Positions 27,841 through 41,003 of a DNA stretch of 64,000 nt are shown one piece after another (within the stretch, counting starts at the first letter, position 1; every line of letters begins with the position of its first letter). The notes under the pieces were generated by a model. That model saw only the letters and a program-made list of their open reading frames with translations, was not told the DNA's origin and did no database searches. Both the position numbers and the translations under genes were made by a program. This DNA comes from Vermamoeba vermiformis (taxonomy: Eukaryota), in contig JBEWZL010000244.1 of the NCBI GenBank assembly GCA_045837725.1, positions 372,001 to 436,000 of the forward strand, read 5' to 3'.

Positions 27841-29814
27841 ATGGTAGGAAATTGAATTAGATCGAATCCGAAACTCGATTGTTCAGTCACTCGACGAACA
27901 ATTATTAATTATTTGATATTTGTCTAATATTCTTTGTCATTAGGAGAATGCATTTTGGGGTTTTGATGTACTTCCGAAGGAGATTAAGCAACGAATATTT
28001 TCTTTTACGGATTTGGACTTGGCAACCGTTCTTCGGTGAGTTAATACGAATTAATAAATCACAATTATCCTAAAAAGTATTAGAAAAATTAATACAATTC
28101 AATTTAGTCTCCAATCAACGAGTTCAGAGTTCAAAAGATTGTGTTGGTTTTGGATGCGCAATTACGACACTTCATTCATGACACAAAGTGAGCGTACAGC
28201 ACAAATCGCATCTCACCTGATTAACAGAGTAAATTCGAATATGATTCGACGAATGGATCTATCGCGTAAGTCAAATTTGATAAAAACTTAAGAATTTTGT
28301 TGACACCGTGTTACAGGATGCGAAAAAGCTGTCTCATTGGCGTGCAAGATTCTTAAAAAATTTCCAAATTTGCAACGGATTGAATTCGGTTTTCAAGGCG
28401 GCGGTGGTATTGAAGACAAAATAACCGAATTCGAGCAACACCCCGAACTTTGCGAAATTTCGTTGAGTTTGGATCATTGGTACTGGCCAAAGTCAAAAAT
28501 AAGATTCAACATTAAATTAGATAAGTGCTTGGACTACCTAAGAGATGACGACATTGATCCGGCCAACCCAACAATCAATTATTGACTGGAAAAATCACCG
28601 TTCGTCCAACAAGAACCCATTTACTATAATAGAGCTTATCATCGTGGCGGAACAATTGGCAAGAATATGATCGTGATTGGTGCGACTGATGGCACTTTGA
28701 CATTTTTGACACTTGACGCTGTCAATAACCGCCTCGTTCGCCGCTCAACCAATACTCAAGTACATAAGGATTGCATCAATGCCATATGGTGCGAAAAAGA
28801 AAATCCTTGGTCTCACGAACCTTTCATCACGTACATTGCCTCAAACGTAAGTGAGCAGATCCGAGTGGAAGAATCGACTGCCCTCATGACTAAAGACCGT
28901 TTATTTAGGATGGAACAGTATCGAGCTGGTCTTGTGTCAATGATGAACCAGTGCTGAATCAAACAATCGTGTTCCCAGAGTCAATTTTGTTCGTGTGCGA
29001 TCATGCAGACAAGTATGTTCTTGCAGCTGGCAAACGAACACTGTACATTGCTGAGATCGAAACGAACAAGATTATACGAGAGCTTGAGGTCAACGACAAT
29101 ATAACAGGTATGACAATCGTTAAATGCATTGGTCGTTCAAGTGACACGTGTCACAAAATGTTATATTGCTTGCACTAAAACTTTTCTATAGGACTGCACA
29201 GCACGTCCCATCAAACTGTGTTGACAACTGCCAGTAGTACGTATTATATTAGTAGTAAAGACGTGCCTAGCGAAGACGTGCCATTTATTACGACTAATAC
29301 CCCGAATTTGTGGATCAGCCCTGATGGATCGTAAGTAGATCTGAGTTCGTATTTTTAAATCTTATTTATTTTGTTTTAATATTATCATATTTTAATAGAT
29401 TAGGAGTTATCGTGCAGCACTACGAAGTTGAAATCTTCGACGTCATAGAAAACACAGAGCTGTACTTTTTCGATAACCGTGGACCTTATGACATACGACC
29501 ACATTTATCTCGCTTCTCGCCAATGAGATATTGGTTGACTGTATCTACTGGCCCGAGCCTAATTACTTACGTAAGAATTTTTGCTAAATTGATAGATCTG
29601 CCAGTCCATTCGTTTGCCATTTACTCATCGTATTATATTGCCTTAGGATTTAGAGAGCAAGCTTACATTAGCTTTAGTATCTCCGCGTATCTGCCGCAAA
29701 GAGTTCGATGGTGGTTTGCCAAAGTGTAATGCATTTTGGTATTCAAAATGCGCGCATTACTTGTTCGGTCTGTATTCAAATAATGCCTTGTTTTGGTGGC
29801 ACCTATTATTTTAA
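27841..29814 (+). pseudogene. F-box / propeller-like cluster copy 4 with an in-frame TGA (probable pseudogene, or sequence error)
   Basis: WGFDVLPKEIKQRIFSFTDL. TGA at 28583-28585 is followed in the same frame by LEKSPFVQQEPIYYNRAYHRGG, homologous to the other copies. No AG acceptor lies between the stop and the homologous sequence. Confidence 0.6.
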
Positions 29815-30120
29815 TCGCCTCGCATAAAATTTAGTAAATTGGTTTCACTGTTGTCTAGACGTATGTTACAAGCGCAAGCATGAACCTCGAGGTTTCAAGC
29901 CTCAAAGCGATCACGAGCGTGAAAATAAATGCTATCGTTAAGAACGTATAAGAAGAACAAATGAAATTGGCGATTAAAGGTGCAACGTTGTTTAAATAAA
30001 GCTTCTCAAAGCCCTTCTCGAGAACAAAGCAAACAACGCAACTTTCTTTTATCAAATTAAAAACGGCGGCGAAAGCGCAAGCACACTCAAATATAGTGTT
30101 ATAGCTTAGCTACCGTAGTT

Positions 30121-33100
30121 ATGGAAGAGATAGATCTCGTGGACGACATTTGGTTAAGGATCTTCCAAACGTTTGGAGTTGATCGGGCCAAACTTTGCCA
30201 GGTAATCAAAGAAAAATTTCGTATTATTTTAATTATATCCACGTCTTATTTTTAAATGTTTATTGCTGTTTTTTTGGTTTAACTATACAAAAATAATAAT
30301 TAATACCAGGAATCATTTAACCGACCTATTATGCAAAAATAGGTGTCTAAGAAATGGAGAAGAATTATATTGAGTCCGAATAATTGGAAATCGTTGGAGA
30401 ATTACGGGATCTTCAGGAGATCGTTTGGCGCAGACCCACAGTCAGCTTCGTTTATCAATTTTATCAAACATAACCTTACGAACCTCGTGGATGTTAACAT
30501 TAGAGGCGACACTGCTGTTCCAATCAACGACTTTCTGGAGTAGAGTTCTTCCAAATTCGGTACTCCCTAGTATATTACGTCAATATGCATCTAATGTGTA
30601 TTGAAACAATATTATTGTTACCTTCACAATGTTGGCTAAACCCTCATCTGACATCTCGAACTGCGAGAGTTCCAAATTTAGCAACGCTAAATCGCTGCAT
30701 CGAGGCACCAAATTCGATGAATATATATTAGGGAGTACCGAATTGGAAGATCATACGACATGCAGGAGATCTACCCGCTGAAAAAATTGCAGCGCGTCAT
30801 GGTGCACAAAACAGCATTGATCGATGAATTAGTCGCGAACCTTCCGCAATTGAAGTACGTCATTATCGAGGAGCGTCAACGAGGATATTCATTTGGTCCC
30901 CCAATAGAGTCCAAGTTTGAATTCCGAAAAATTGGATCCACTATTATCGTGTCACCGAATTTCTTGTCTTCAAAGGACGCAAATATCGTGCGACAAGTCA
31001 AAGATTTGGTCACGTACGATCACAGCCCGTACTTACGCAATCTGGTGAACCGGGTGCCATTTGACCGAGAGTACTTTACTTTTTTGGTCAAAGAGATGGG
31101 TTTGGATGTTAATTACGTGTAAGTTGCGTCAATTAATTACGAATTTAACTTAAATATTTACACGTTTAGGGAGCCATTAATGCTTGGATATCGTCCTGTT
31201 TACCTTGATCGATGGGCATCAGCGACGCCTTTGGCAGTATTGTTGGAAAGAGTTGGCAAGACAATTACTGGGGGATCCCGTGAAAGTGACGCAGCGGAAG
31301 CATATTGTCTTGATGTTGCAAAATGTCTGCTCGATTTAGGCGCAGATCCAAACCGGATCTCGAGCATCAATCCGCCGCTAACATTAGTGCCAAGAGAAAG
31401 TGTCGTGCTCCTTCTTCTTGAGCACGGATTTAATATTCATGCTACTGGCTTGGATTCAGTTCCGTATTACATCAGCTTACTTAATACCAGCATGCCTGGT
31501 ATGGTTTCATTCATTAATATTTTTGGTAATATTAACGTTACTTGTTTAAACAGACGTCCCTCGTGCATTTGCTGAAATTTTAAAGAGAGAAAACATCAAC
31601 AAGGAGCTGTTGCTTGAGGTAAACGTAACTTAACGTGGAGAGATGTCTGACATTGGTTGTTTAGCACGCGATTTTGAATCGCAGACGGTACGCAATTGAT
31701 ATGCTAAACAGTGCAGGCGTGAAGTGGACATCAACGACACTTGAACAACTTATCTATAGCATGCCAAAACTGGTATGTGCTCAGCGTTTGCGTTGTGAGA
31801 AGTTACTGAACAAACTGCTTTTGATAGTTCGATACACTGACGCTGCAAAGAGCATATGACACGAAGCTCATGACACCAGCGATTGTGTTCACAGCCATCA
31901 AAAGAGGCTTGCTGCCCGAAGTGTACGTTTAGGACTTCTAACGGATTAATCAATCTAATCTATCCACCAGTAAGGACAGCCTAATGGCATTGCCTGATCA
32001 GCTTGACTCAGAGGGCTGGACGCCGATGCACCACGCAGCATTGTTGCATGACTTCCGTGGCTTCATGACGGGGTTAAGTCCTAGCACTAGCAACCCGAAC
32101 AGCAAGTTTGGTAGATGGACTCAGGAAAAGAAAGATTACGCTTTTGGATCCACAACGACCAGCGAGATTGATGTCACGAGAATAGTTACCCCGGTGGTTA
32201 GTGATAAGCCTCAGGCTACTAGTGAGGGCCTGTCAGGTGTTGGAAGTGGTACCACGAGCAATTTGTTTGGCCAGTCAAACCATTTTGGCTTTTCATTTGG
32301 AACGGAAGGAACCACTCGAATCTTTGGCAGTGGTTTTGGAAGTGGCAACAATGACGGCAATACTTTTGGACTTAACGACAATAACGGCAATTTCAACGGT
32401 GGGCTACGCAGTGGGCTTGGACAAGGTAACAACAATGGCTTCGGATTTGGCACCAACAGCAGGGAGTTTGGTACCAATGATAGCAATACCTTTGGTTTCA
32501 ACAATAATAGCGGTGCAAGTACTCCAATGGCCTCACAAGAAGATCTGAGCGGCCATTGAAATGCAACATTGAAGAAGTTCTACCGTTGTTAGCGCATTGC
32601 AACATCAATAGCAGGACGTCTTATGGTGAGACGCCGTTACTGTTGGTCACAAAATCGAAGTACCTCAAAGACGACGAGAAAGAAAAGAATATTAAAGCTC
32701 TGCTTCAACACGGCGCGGATCCTAATATTTCGGTACGTACAGTGCTATTACAATAATAACAACAATTTGCTAATCAATTGATCCGCAGGACAATAACGGC
32801 TGGACACCACTGCATGCGGCTTTGTACGTCGGAAAGTGGAAACTAGGGGCTGAATTAATATCCCACGGAGCTAATGTTAACGCGCAAGACAACATTGGCG
32901 TTACTCCGCTCATGGCTCTGTTGATCGGATTTGTTCATAATCATAACGAGCCCTTCACGGACATTGAAGAGGAGTGGGTCAAACTACTGACACTAAATGT
33001 CGATGTCACTCTTGCCGACAAGCCTTTCAACCGTTCGTTGATGCATTATGCAGCGTGTGTTGCTTCACCGGGCATGATGCAACGCATTTGCGACAAAAAT

Positions 33101-35520
33101 CCGCAGATTGTTAATGCCCCGTATGTTGCGTGAAAGCGACAGCAAGAATTTATATTTTTATTTAATTATATAATAGGGACAATGAAGGATATACGCCGCT
33201 TCATTACGCTGTCATGTTTGGCAATCTCAAGGCCATCACGTTTTTACTGAACAACGGCGCCAATCCAAACGCCCAGTCCACCAATCACAAATTGACACGT
33301 AAAACCTCATATTTGATTTATTAATTCTAATGATCGTATGTACAGCGTTAATGCTTTGCGCTAGCATGCGCAAGGAGTCTAGCAGCTTCAGCGTCTCGCC
33401 TGTTTTGACGCACTACCTCGCAACGCAACATTTGCTGCTGTTGGCCAGTCCTCTCGAAATGAGACATGAAACGAGATTGGTTAACGGCTCTTTTACTGAA
33501 CCACCTTGGACTAAAAGTCCTTTGAAAAAATGGAACGAAAAGAGTAACAAGTAAGTTTTTTCTCTTCTTAAAATTTATTCTGAAACTATTTGCAAAAGTT
33601 CTACGTGGAGCTACAAGTGCCTAGAAGTTATTGAATTGCTTGGCCGAGTGTCAGATCCGCACTTGACAGATGCTGAGGGCTCTTCGTTGCTCCATCACTT
33701 GGTGCAGTTGGTCGGAGAGCCAAAAAACGGGGACTTTCCCGTGTTGCATTTGATTGCTAGCAACAAGGAATTTGCACCCTATTGGTCGGTTCCGAACAAG
33801 CACAAGATGATACCTGCCAAGGAGTAAGTGTTATTGTTGGCCCGATTCAAATTCATACGGATCCGTTCTTTCGCACGAACAATTATGATCTCGGGAGATA
33901 GCCCCGGCCTGCCCTAATTTCGCATATACATCCCCTTCGTGAGACGCAGTTGATACTGGCTTTACCCAATTAGGCAAGTCCGTGGTTCGGGAAATGATCC
34001 GCTTCACACTGTTTCAAGAATTCATGCGGGCAGAATATTTTGAAATTTCCCGACACGTGATTTTACAGTGTCTTGGGAACTCGAGATTGTTGCTGTGCTC
34101 CTGGCCCGATTAACATTGTTCGTGCGAAATAACGGATCTGTAACAAATTCCACGCCAAATCTTTGATATGAATCTTGAATTAACTAGTTGGATGGCAAAT
34201 GATTATTAACTTGTTGATAAGATTGTTTGACCAAATGTGCAAAGGATGGGGCGGCGTCAATATAGATTTGGCCAAACTGTACGTATTGTGTATTTCTTTA
34301 TAGAACATTATTATAATTCTTATTCATAGAGTATTGCCGATGATCAAAGACCATCAAATTAAGATGTTCCACGGCACTGATTTTTCGATCGTTCATAAGA
34401 TTCTCAATTACCCTCAGGAGCTAAGAGCGGAATTTTTGCCCTTAATAGGTACGATAAATATATAAGACCCGACATCTATTTTTCGCAATAGCTCGTTTTG
34501 TTGTTCTCTTAAAGAAATACAAATTTTAATATTAAAATTAATAAATTTTTTTCTTGATGTAACAATTCTAATGCCGGTCAACAGATGCCACGACATTGCC
34601 CACGCAAGTTGATGTTCATGTCCCCTGTCGTATTGACACGCTGCTGCACCACCTCGTGTACAAGTTACCCGCGATAAAAGAAGCGCTCAAATTGCAGCCT
34701 CACGCAATCAACGTGCAAAACTCTATTGGACAGACACCACTGTTCTGTGCAGTGCAGGTAAGCATTTAATACATTAACAGTGAATTACCCTTTATGACGA
34801 GAACTTATTCTTGGGTGGTGCACTTTGTCCGTCATTTAAAGGTTAACGAACGAGACTAACAGTTTGACCTTTGTAGTTGCTGGTACAATTGGAATCAGAG
34901 GCCAATCAGGTAAAATTAATCGCAGTTTAAGTCACTTTATATTATGCGCGATATTACTGCATAAACTAACCAAGTGTCTGACAGGTGATCTACTTGCTGG
35001 AATTGATCGACTTGTTTTTGGCTCAAAAAGGTACCTACCAATCATATGACGGACACGTTAAATCATATCGAAGACCAATTAAAGAAAACTTTCTTTGAAT
35101 CTTTTTGGATCTACGAGCAAATTATAATCATGATTGTTGGTCAGTACTGATACTCAATACTATTGCAGACACATTGATGTGGACAAAGCAAACGAAGACG
35201 GTGACACGCCCCTGCACCTCGCAGCACAAAGATTTCACCTCGGAGCAATCGATGCAATCTACGGCCACATGCAGCAGACATTCATCTTTGCAGTGCCGTT
35301 CTGTCTCACAGCCTTCAAGTTACTCGAGTCAGGAGCACGTGTGGATATCAAAAACAAATCGGGACTTACACCGCTCGATTATTGTCCACGACTGTTTGAA
35401 TATTTCACAGAGTTCAATGGACTCATTGGACAGCACTATCTGGCGGCGTATTTCAGTCACGAGGAGATGAAGAACAAGTCAGAGGCTCCTACCACACCTC
35501 CTAGGTCCAAACATTTTTGA
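30121..35520 (+). CDS. Large F-box + ankyrin-repeat protein with an FG/N-rich insert (gene model uncertain, possible frame break near 32510-32559)
   Basis: F-box-like MEEIDLVDDIWLRIFQTF...CQ|VSKKWRRI. Ankyrin repeats GWTPMHHAA, GETPLLL..LLQHGADPN, GWTPLHAA, GVTPLMA, GYTPLHYAV and GDTPLHLAA. Confidence 0.7.
33856..34142. repeat. Intronic inverted repeat (28-bp arms, 26/28 match) enclosing further hairpins; structured RNA or MITE candidate
   Basis: tacggatccgttctttcgcacgaacaat (33856-33883) versus attgttcgtgcgaaataacggatctgta (34115-34142), inside an unusually long intron starting at 33824. Confidence 0.75.
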
Positions 35521-35724
35521 TAGAACAATCGTTGAAGTTTATTAAGGAGTCTTCATTGTGCGTCTTACATGTACCTAGGCGTACTCAGTAAATTCACAAC
35601 CTGACGTAATTCGTCGCATTTTTACGCCGGGAAATTTCAGTTTTACTTTACGTGGATTGTGAATGTATTAGTTGGTGAAACAAAGTGAGTAAAGAAAGCG
35701 ATAATTAACTAAAATTTACATGCT

Positions 35725-37799
35725 CTAATAACCATCATAACATCTCCTATTGACTATATTTGGACCGCTTTCATCGTATTCTTCCTTCGAGATCCACATT
35801 TGTTGAAAAGTCGATAACGATGATAAAATTGATCCGCCGATCCACGTTGAATATTTCCGCTCAGGCGGGGCCACAACTTTAACTTTGATTTTTTCCGGCG
35901 CTAATGCTGTCAATTCTTTTCGCAATCGATCGTCAAATCCTGGGAAAAAAGTGGATCCGCCAGACAACACAATATTATTCCATTGTGACCATCTATAGTC
36001 TCTATCACAAGCCATAATCGCGTCGTAAATAAGTTCGTGAATGCCTGGTGTTTCTAGTCCGACCATCGATGGCTTAAATAACGCCTCTGGACATCGGAAT
36101 CGTTCGCTGTCTGCAAAAATCAAATTATTAATCAAAAATGCGATATTTTCATGTGCAAATATCCAATTAAAATGATTGATTAATGAAAAAAGTGTCTTAT
36201 TAGTTGCACGAAATTTACGTGATAAAAAAAAGTTGCAGATCTGCCTGCCTTTGCTTACTCAATTTAATTTTTTGACCATCAGGCATCTCATAATCCTTCT
36301 CTAATTCGGCTGATTCTTGCGATTTTCGCAGCTCAGTCTCGTAATCTAACGCGACGTAACATAATTTTTCTTTGACTTGACGAACTGTTTGAAAATCCGA
36401 CGTTCGATTCAAATAATACCTATCATAAGGTTAGTATTAAATTTTTTATTAGTGTTTGTAATTAATTACCCGCTATCAACGAGCATTCGGTTCATGTAGG
36501 TCGTCAGATCTCGACCAGAAAAATTGACACGCCGGATCGACTTTCGAGAAACTTGTCCCCAACATATTGGTGTAACTGACATCACTCCGTCACCTAAATA
36601 ATACATTATTATATCATCCAGTACATTTCTGCAGCATCTTAACTGTGAAAAATTGGTTGACGCGTGTCATGAATATTTTTCACGTGTCAATTTTTCACGA
36701 ACATAGACTACGCTGAAAAAATTAAAAACTTTAAGATATTATATTCATTCTTCAGTATTGTTATAAGTGTCATTAGCCGTGCAATTTCGAAATGTTTGAC
36801 ACGTGTCAAAAAAAATATCTTTTGTTAATTCGTACGTACCAATGTCCACCACGCACGAAGTAGTTATTCCGCACGCATATCCAGCCATGATCGATGATAT
36901 TCCGGAGAAATAACCGGGCGCTGCAAAATTCTCAAACATCATTTAACACAATCTGACTCGATCCCTTTTCGGAGTCATCACGTGTTCGCTGATCAAAAAC
37001 GGATGTTCTTCTGGCGCCACTCGCAATTCCGAGAAAATTTCATAATGAAGAATTTTTTCAAGTGCGTCCCAGTTTTGGATAATACCTGCAATGCCAAATT
37101 AAGAAAAAACCTTGAGAGATATTCGCAGCTTAATAATTTTACTAAATTTATAATATTAGAATAATATTGTAGCTCTAATTATAAAACTATATTTACCGTG
37201 TTCGATTGGATTCGTTAAGGAAAGAACGCCTCGCTTAGATTGAGCATCATTTCCAACATCTGAAAAGATCATTAGCTCATATTATAACATTCTATTCGCT
37301 CAATAGTGTCACTATAATACTAGAATTGACAATGTGCAGGCGGGGTGGGATCTAAGGTCGCGTGTGAAATTTCAAATTACAATGTGCGGTTAGTACTTAC
37401 AACTCTGCATGCGACTATACGTAGTACCAACAAGTACGACAGGATTTCGAGCACTACCGATCACGTTGTCAATTACTGATCGTGGAGCATCGTCACCACC
37501 AAATCCGGATTTTATTACTCCTACAAAATTGAAATTTAAATTAATAATGTAGCCATATTATTCTACAATATATTTATACGACGATCAAACTCAATAAACT
37601 AATTGATTTAATTTTAGAATTCCAAATTTTCATTACGCGAATCTATTCTCTTCCTCGCATTTCCGTTCATAAAATTGAATTAATACAAATATTATTAGAA
37701 TTTGTTACGCTATATTTTAAAATTTAACGCAAAAGAAACGGTTGAATACCCGCAAGGCTTACCTGATCCTAGATCAATCACTATAGGTTCTGGATCCAT
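35725..37799 (-). CDS. Divergent actin / actin-related protein
   Basis: Motifs [84 protein letters not shown] and [37 protein letters not shown]. Confidence 0.93.
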
Positions 37800-38233
37800 T
37801 GATTGATTGTGGTTTAATTCATTAATTATGAATAAAGTTCAAGCCATATTTAAAGAGGTGCAGATTTTCTTGCGTGTACGAGGAATTTCAAAGTATTTGT
37901 GATTGACAGCCACTACCGCCTTAAAAATAAAGATCTGGCTTCAGCTACCTTCATAGTTAATAATTGATGCTAGTATTCTAACTTTAGGATTAAATCCTCC
38001 CTTAACACCATCCGGATTCCGTTTCGCGTCAGTTTGGAACTGGGCGGACATAAGCTCCTGCTCCTTAATGCTGGCTCCTGACTTAAATAAATTCAATGTT
38101 CAAACCAAAGCGAAGAATATTCAGAGCAGCGGACGAAAAATCTCTGTCGCGTGCTTCGATCGAACTGTCTAGAAACTTCGACAAGATTAAATTTTATCGC
38201 AAATCGTGTATCATAATACACAAGACTAAAGGC

Positions 38234-39140
38234 ATGGCTGCATCAACGCGAAAGAAAGTTCAATTAGAACCCGGTCACACGTTGGCTGATTGGTATCGGC
38301 TCGTGCAATCTGGCGAAGATCTCGGTGGAGCTCCTCGTGCACTTCGAGTACCAATCGATGAGGTAAATTTAATTGCAATTTTATTTGCACAAATTAAAAT
38401 ATGCAAAAGCTGTTTTGACGCTTGAAAAGACCGATGAAAATTAAGATCTCCTTTCGCCCGTTTACTTTAATTTGAAATAATGTATATTTATGTTGCCCTA
38501 ATAATATTAATCGTATTGGTATTATTATTTTGATTTTCTAAATTGACTGTAATTTTTAAACGGAATTATAACGTTTACTTCCGATCAGGTCAAAAAACAC
38601 AATACGAAAGAAGATTGCTGGATTATATTGAAGGGCAAAGTATACAACATTACTAAGTACCTCGCTTTTCATCCTGGTGGCATTCCTAAAGTGATGGTTG
38701 TCGCTGGAAAAGACGCCACGCGATTATTTGGTATGTTAAAGTTAATCTAAACAAATATTAGTGCGTATAATAACGAGTAAATTATTAAATACGTATAATT
38801 AAGATATAACAAGCAATTAAATAGTACTTCGAGAGGGATTTGACCGCCAATTTAAGATCTTCTCGCTTCTGTAGAAGCTAATATGTTTTTTATAGATCTT
38901 ACGCATGCTTGGGTTAATTACGAAACATTACTACAACGATGTTTTGTTGGCTACGCTATTATTGGCGAAAAACCGAAAGACGAAAATAATGAAGAGAAGA
39001 TCGAACAAAAAGAAGAGAAAAATGACGAAGGGGAATTAGATAAGGAGACTATTAAACAAATTACTATGTTTCCTGCCCCTGAAGGACATCAAATCACCAG
39101 CGGAACGAAGAAAAATTTGTTGAATAACGAGGACGAGTGA
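38234..39140 (+). CDS. Cytochrome b5 heme-binding domain protein (CYB5R4 N-terminus / IRC21-like)
   Basis: RKKVQLEPGHTLADW, KKHNTKEDCWIILKGKVYNITKYLAFHPGG, HAWVNYETLLQRCFVG. Confidence 0.9.
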
Positions 39141-39435
39141 CCTAGAGCGAGAAACACGTAATTATGTTGAAAATATTGTAAATAGTATTAAATAATAGCG
39201 AATTAGATGATAGAAAATAAGTTTGCACGAGCCATAAAGGAGATCCATAAGATCGAGATCTGAATCTGCTTACGTCAGCAGTATTTTTCGCAATTTCCGA
39301 TTCATCGTATCATTACCAACTTGGGTCATCATAATTTCGTTATTTATCTTTTTCTTAAAGTTCGTGTTGTTGGACGTTTTTCCGTTACGCAAATAAATTT
39401 CATTTTGGAAATATTTTTTGATTAGCAACAACACC

Positions 39436-40747
39436 ATGGACCCACAAGCGAATACTACAACTATACCTATGACTGATATGTCACAGTCTCCGCCGTCAGT
39501 GCAATCCCCACCGGTTGCATCTGCATCTCGGATGGATTTTGCGACGTCAGTGGCCACAAGTTATCTTAAGAATACTTTTTCATCGTGGAAAGATGAACGA
39601 TTCAAGAGTTTAAGACCAGTCAGCTCATTTTTCAGCAAAGAAAGCTATTCTCTACCAAAAGTAACCGCAATCCCGAAGCGGCTTTTAACCAACCTGAAAT
39701 ATTATCAAACAAATTATTTGGTCATCTTCTTTTTATTATCACTTTATGGAGCGTAAGTAATTATAGAAAATTCTATTATTGTAATTTTTTGAAGATTTTT
39801 CTGACCGAGATCGTTTTCATAATTTTTGAAATACAGCTTTAGTGCTTGAAATTAAGCAGAATATTAGCACATATATTATTTACATGCATATTTATCAATA
39901 TTGATTCGGGTTGCAAATGAAAGTTTGCTTTGCTTTTACAGATTTGGTTCATGAATTTTATTTTAAGGAGATCTGCTTTCATTCAATTCTTAACGAATTC
40001 ATTTTATTATAGACTATCGAGCCCAATGTTCTTATTAATTCTCGTCGGTATGACTGCCCTCTGGTACTACGCCATTAAAATGCGCAAAGAACCCGTCAAG
40101 CTTGGTCAATATTCTGTGCCCGAGAAAGTTACCTTAGCTGTCGTTATTTTGAGTATGTATCATCATATATATGCATAGTACTGACGTATTATGCATTAAA
40201 TGTTGTTATTGAAGCTTACAATAGCGAGATCCATAGTGCGTGTCACGCGATCTGGATCTTGCTTTAAAATAATGCTACCGATTGATTACACGATTATAAT
40301 TATAATATCAATTGCTTAGTTCTAATGCGTAATTCTTTGTACAGTTACCTTGCTCTCATTCTATTTGGCCTCTGCCGGCACTGTTTTGTTCTGGATCTTC
40401 TCTGCAACTTCTATTGGTAAGCTATTATCTTATTGTATATACGCTCATATGATTTAGTCACATTTTTGTTAAAATCAATACTATAGCTTATTTTGTTGAG
40501 GTTAATTGAGGTGCATCCGCACGTAGTATAAATCGATCGTTACACGAGGCTAGTGCGGCAAATTAAAGGATACAAATAGGACCAAAGTATAATACTAGGC
40601 ACCTACTAACTATGTACCCTAGTTGTATTCATTCACGCTCTGTTCTGCACTCCACCAGAGATCGACGAGTACGGATTTGGCACTGTTTTGCCCACAACTA
40701 TGCCACAGCCTCAAAGCCCTCCTACTGCTGCCTACACATCGTCTTAA
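39436..40747 (+). CDS. PRA1 (prenylated Rab acceptor) family protein
   Basis: LRPVSSFFSKESYSLPK...KRLLTNLKYYQTNYLVIF, hydrophobic hairpins, and the motif VFIHALF. Confidence 0.88.
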
Positions 40748-41003
40748 GCGGTATTACCGTGCGCGTGAGCTACGTAAGCTCTTTTAATTTTCTTTTTGTT
40801 TGATATAAATAAATTTTTAGCCGATCGAAAATTTACTCGGATCCTCCGTTCGTTATCTTCCGTTATCGAACGATAAAATTAGATATTCTATTAAGCAGAT
40901 CAATTTAAACGGTTCGGTGTACCGATTATTCGTTTAGTACTAAAAATAGAAAAGGCAACTCAATTTTTTATTCTTTACACACGTAACTGATAAAAGACCA
41001 CAA

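Noticed and set aside
30535-30550. Apparent in-frame TAG in the F-box/ankyrin gene, suggesting stop-codon reassignment
   Set aside because: The TAG overlaps a plausible GT donor (GA|GTAGAG). TAA, TAG and TGA all end genes normally elsewhere in the window, so there is no support for an alternative code.
33900-33980. CCCTAA in the structured intron as a telomerase RNA template, and AAGTCC as an RNase P/MRP P4 strand
   Set aside because: There is only one repeat unit and it lies within a stem. No complementary P4 partner strand was found.
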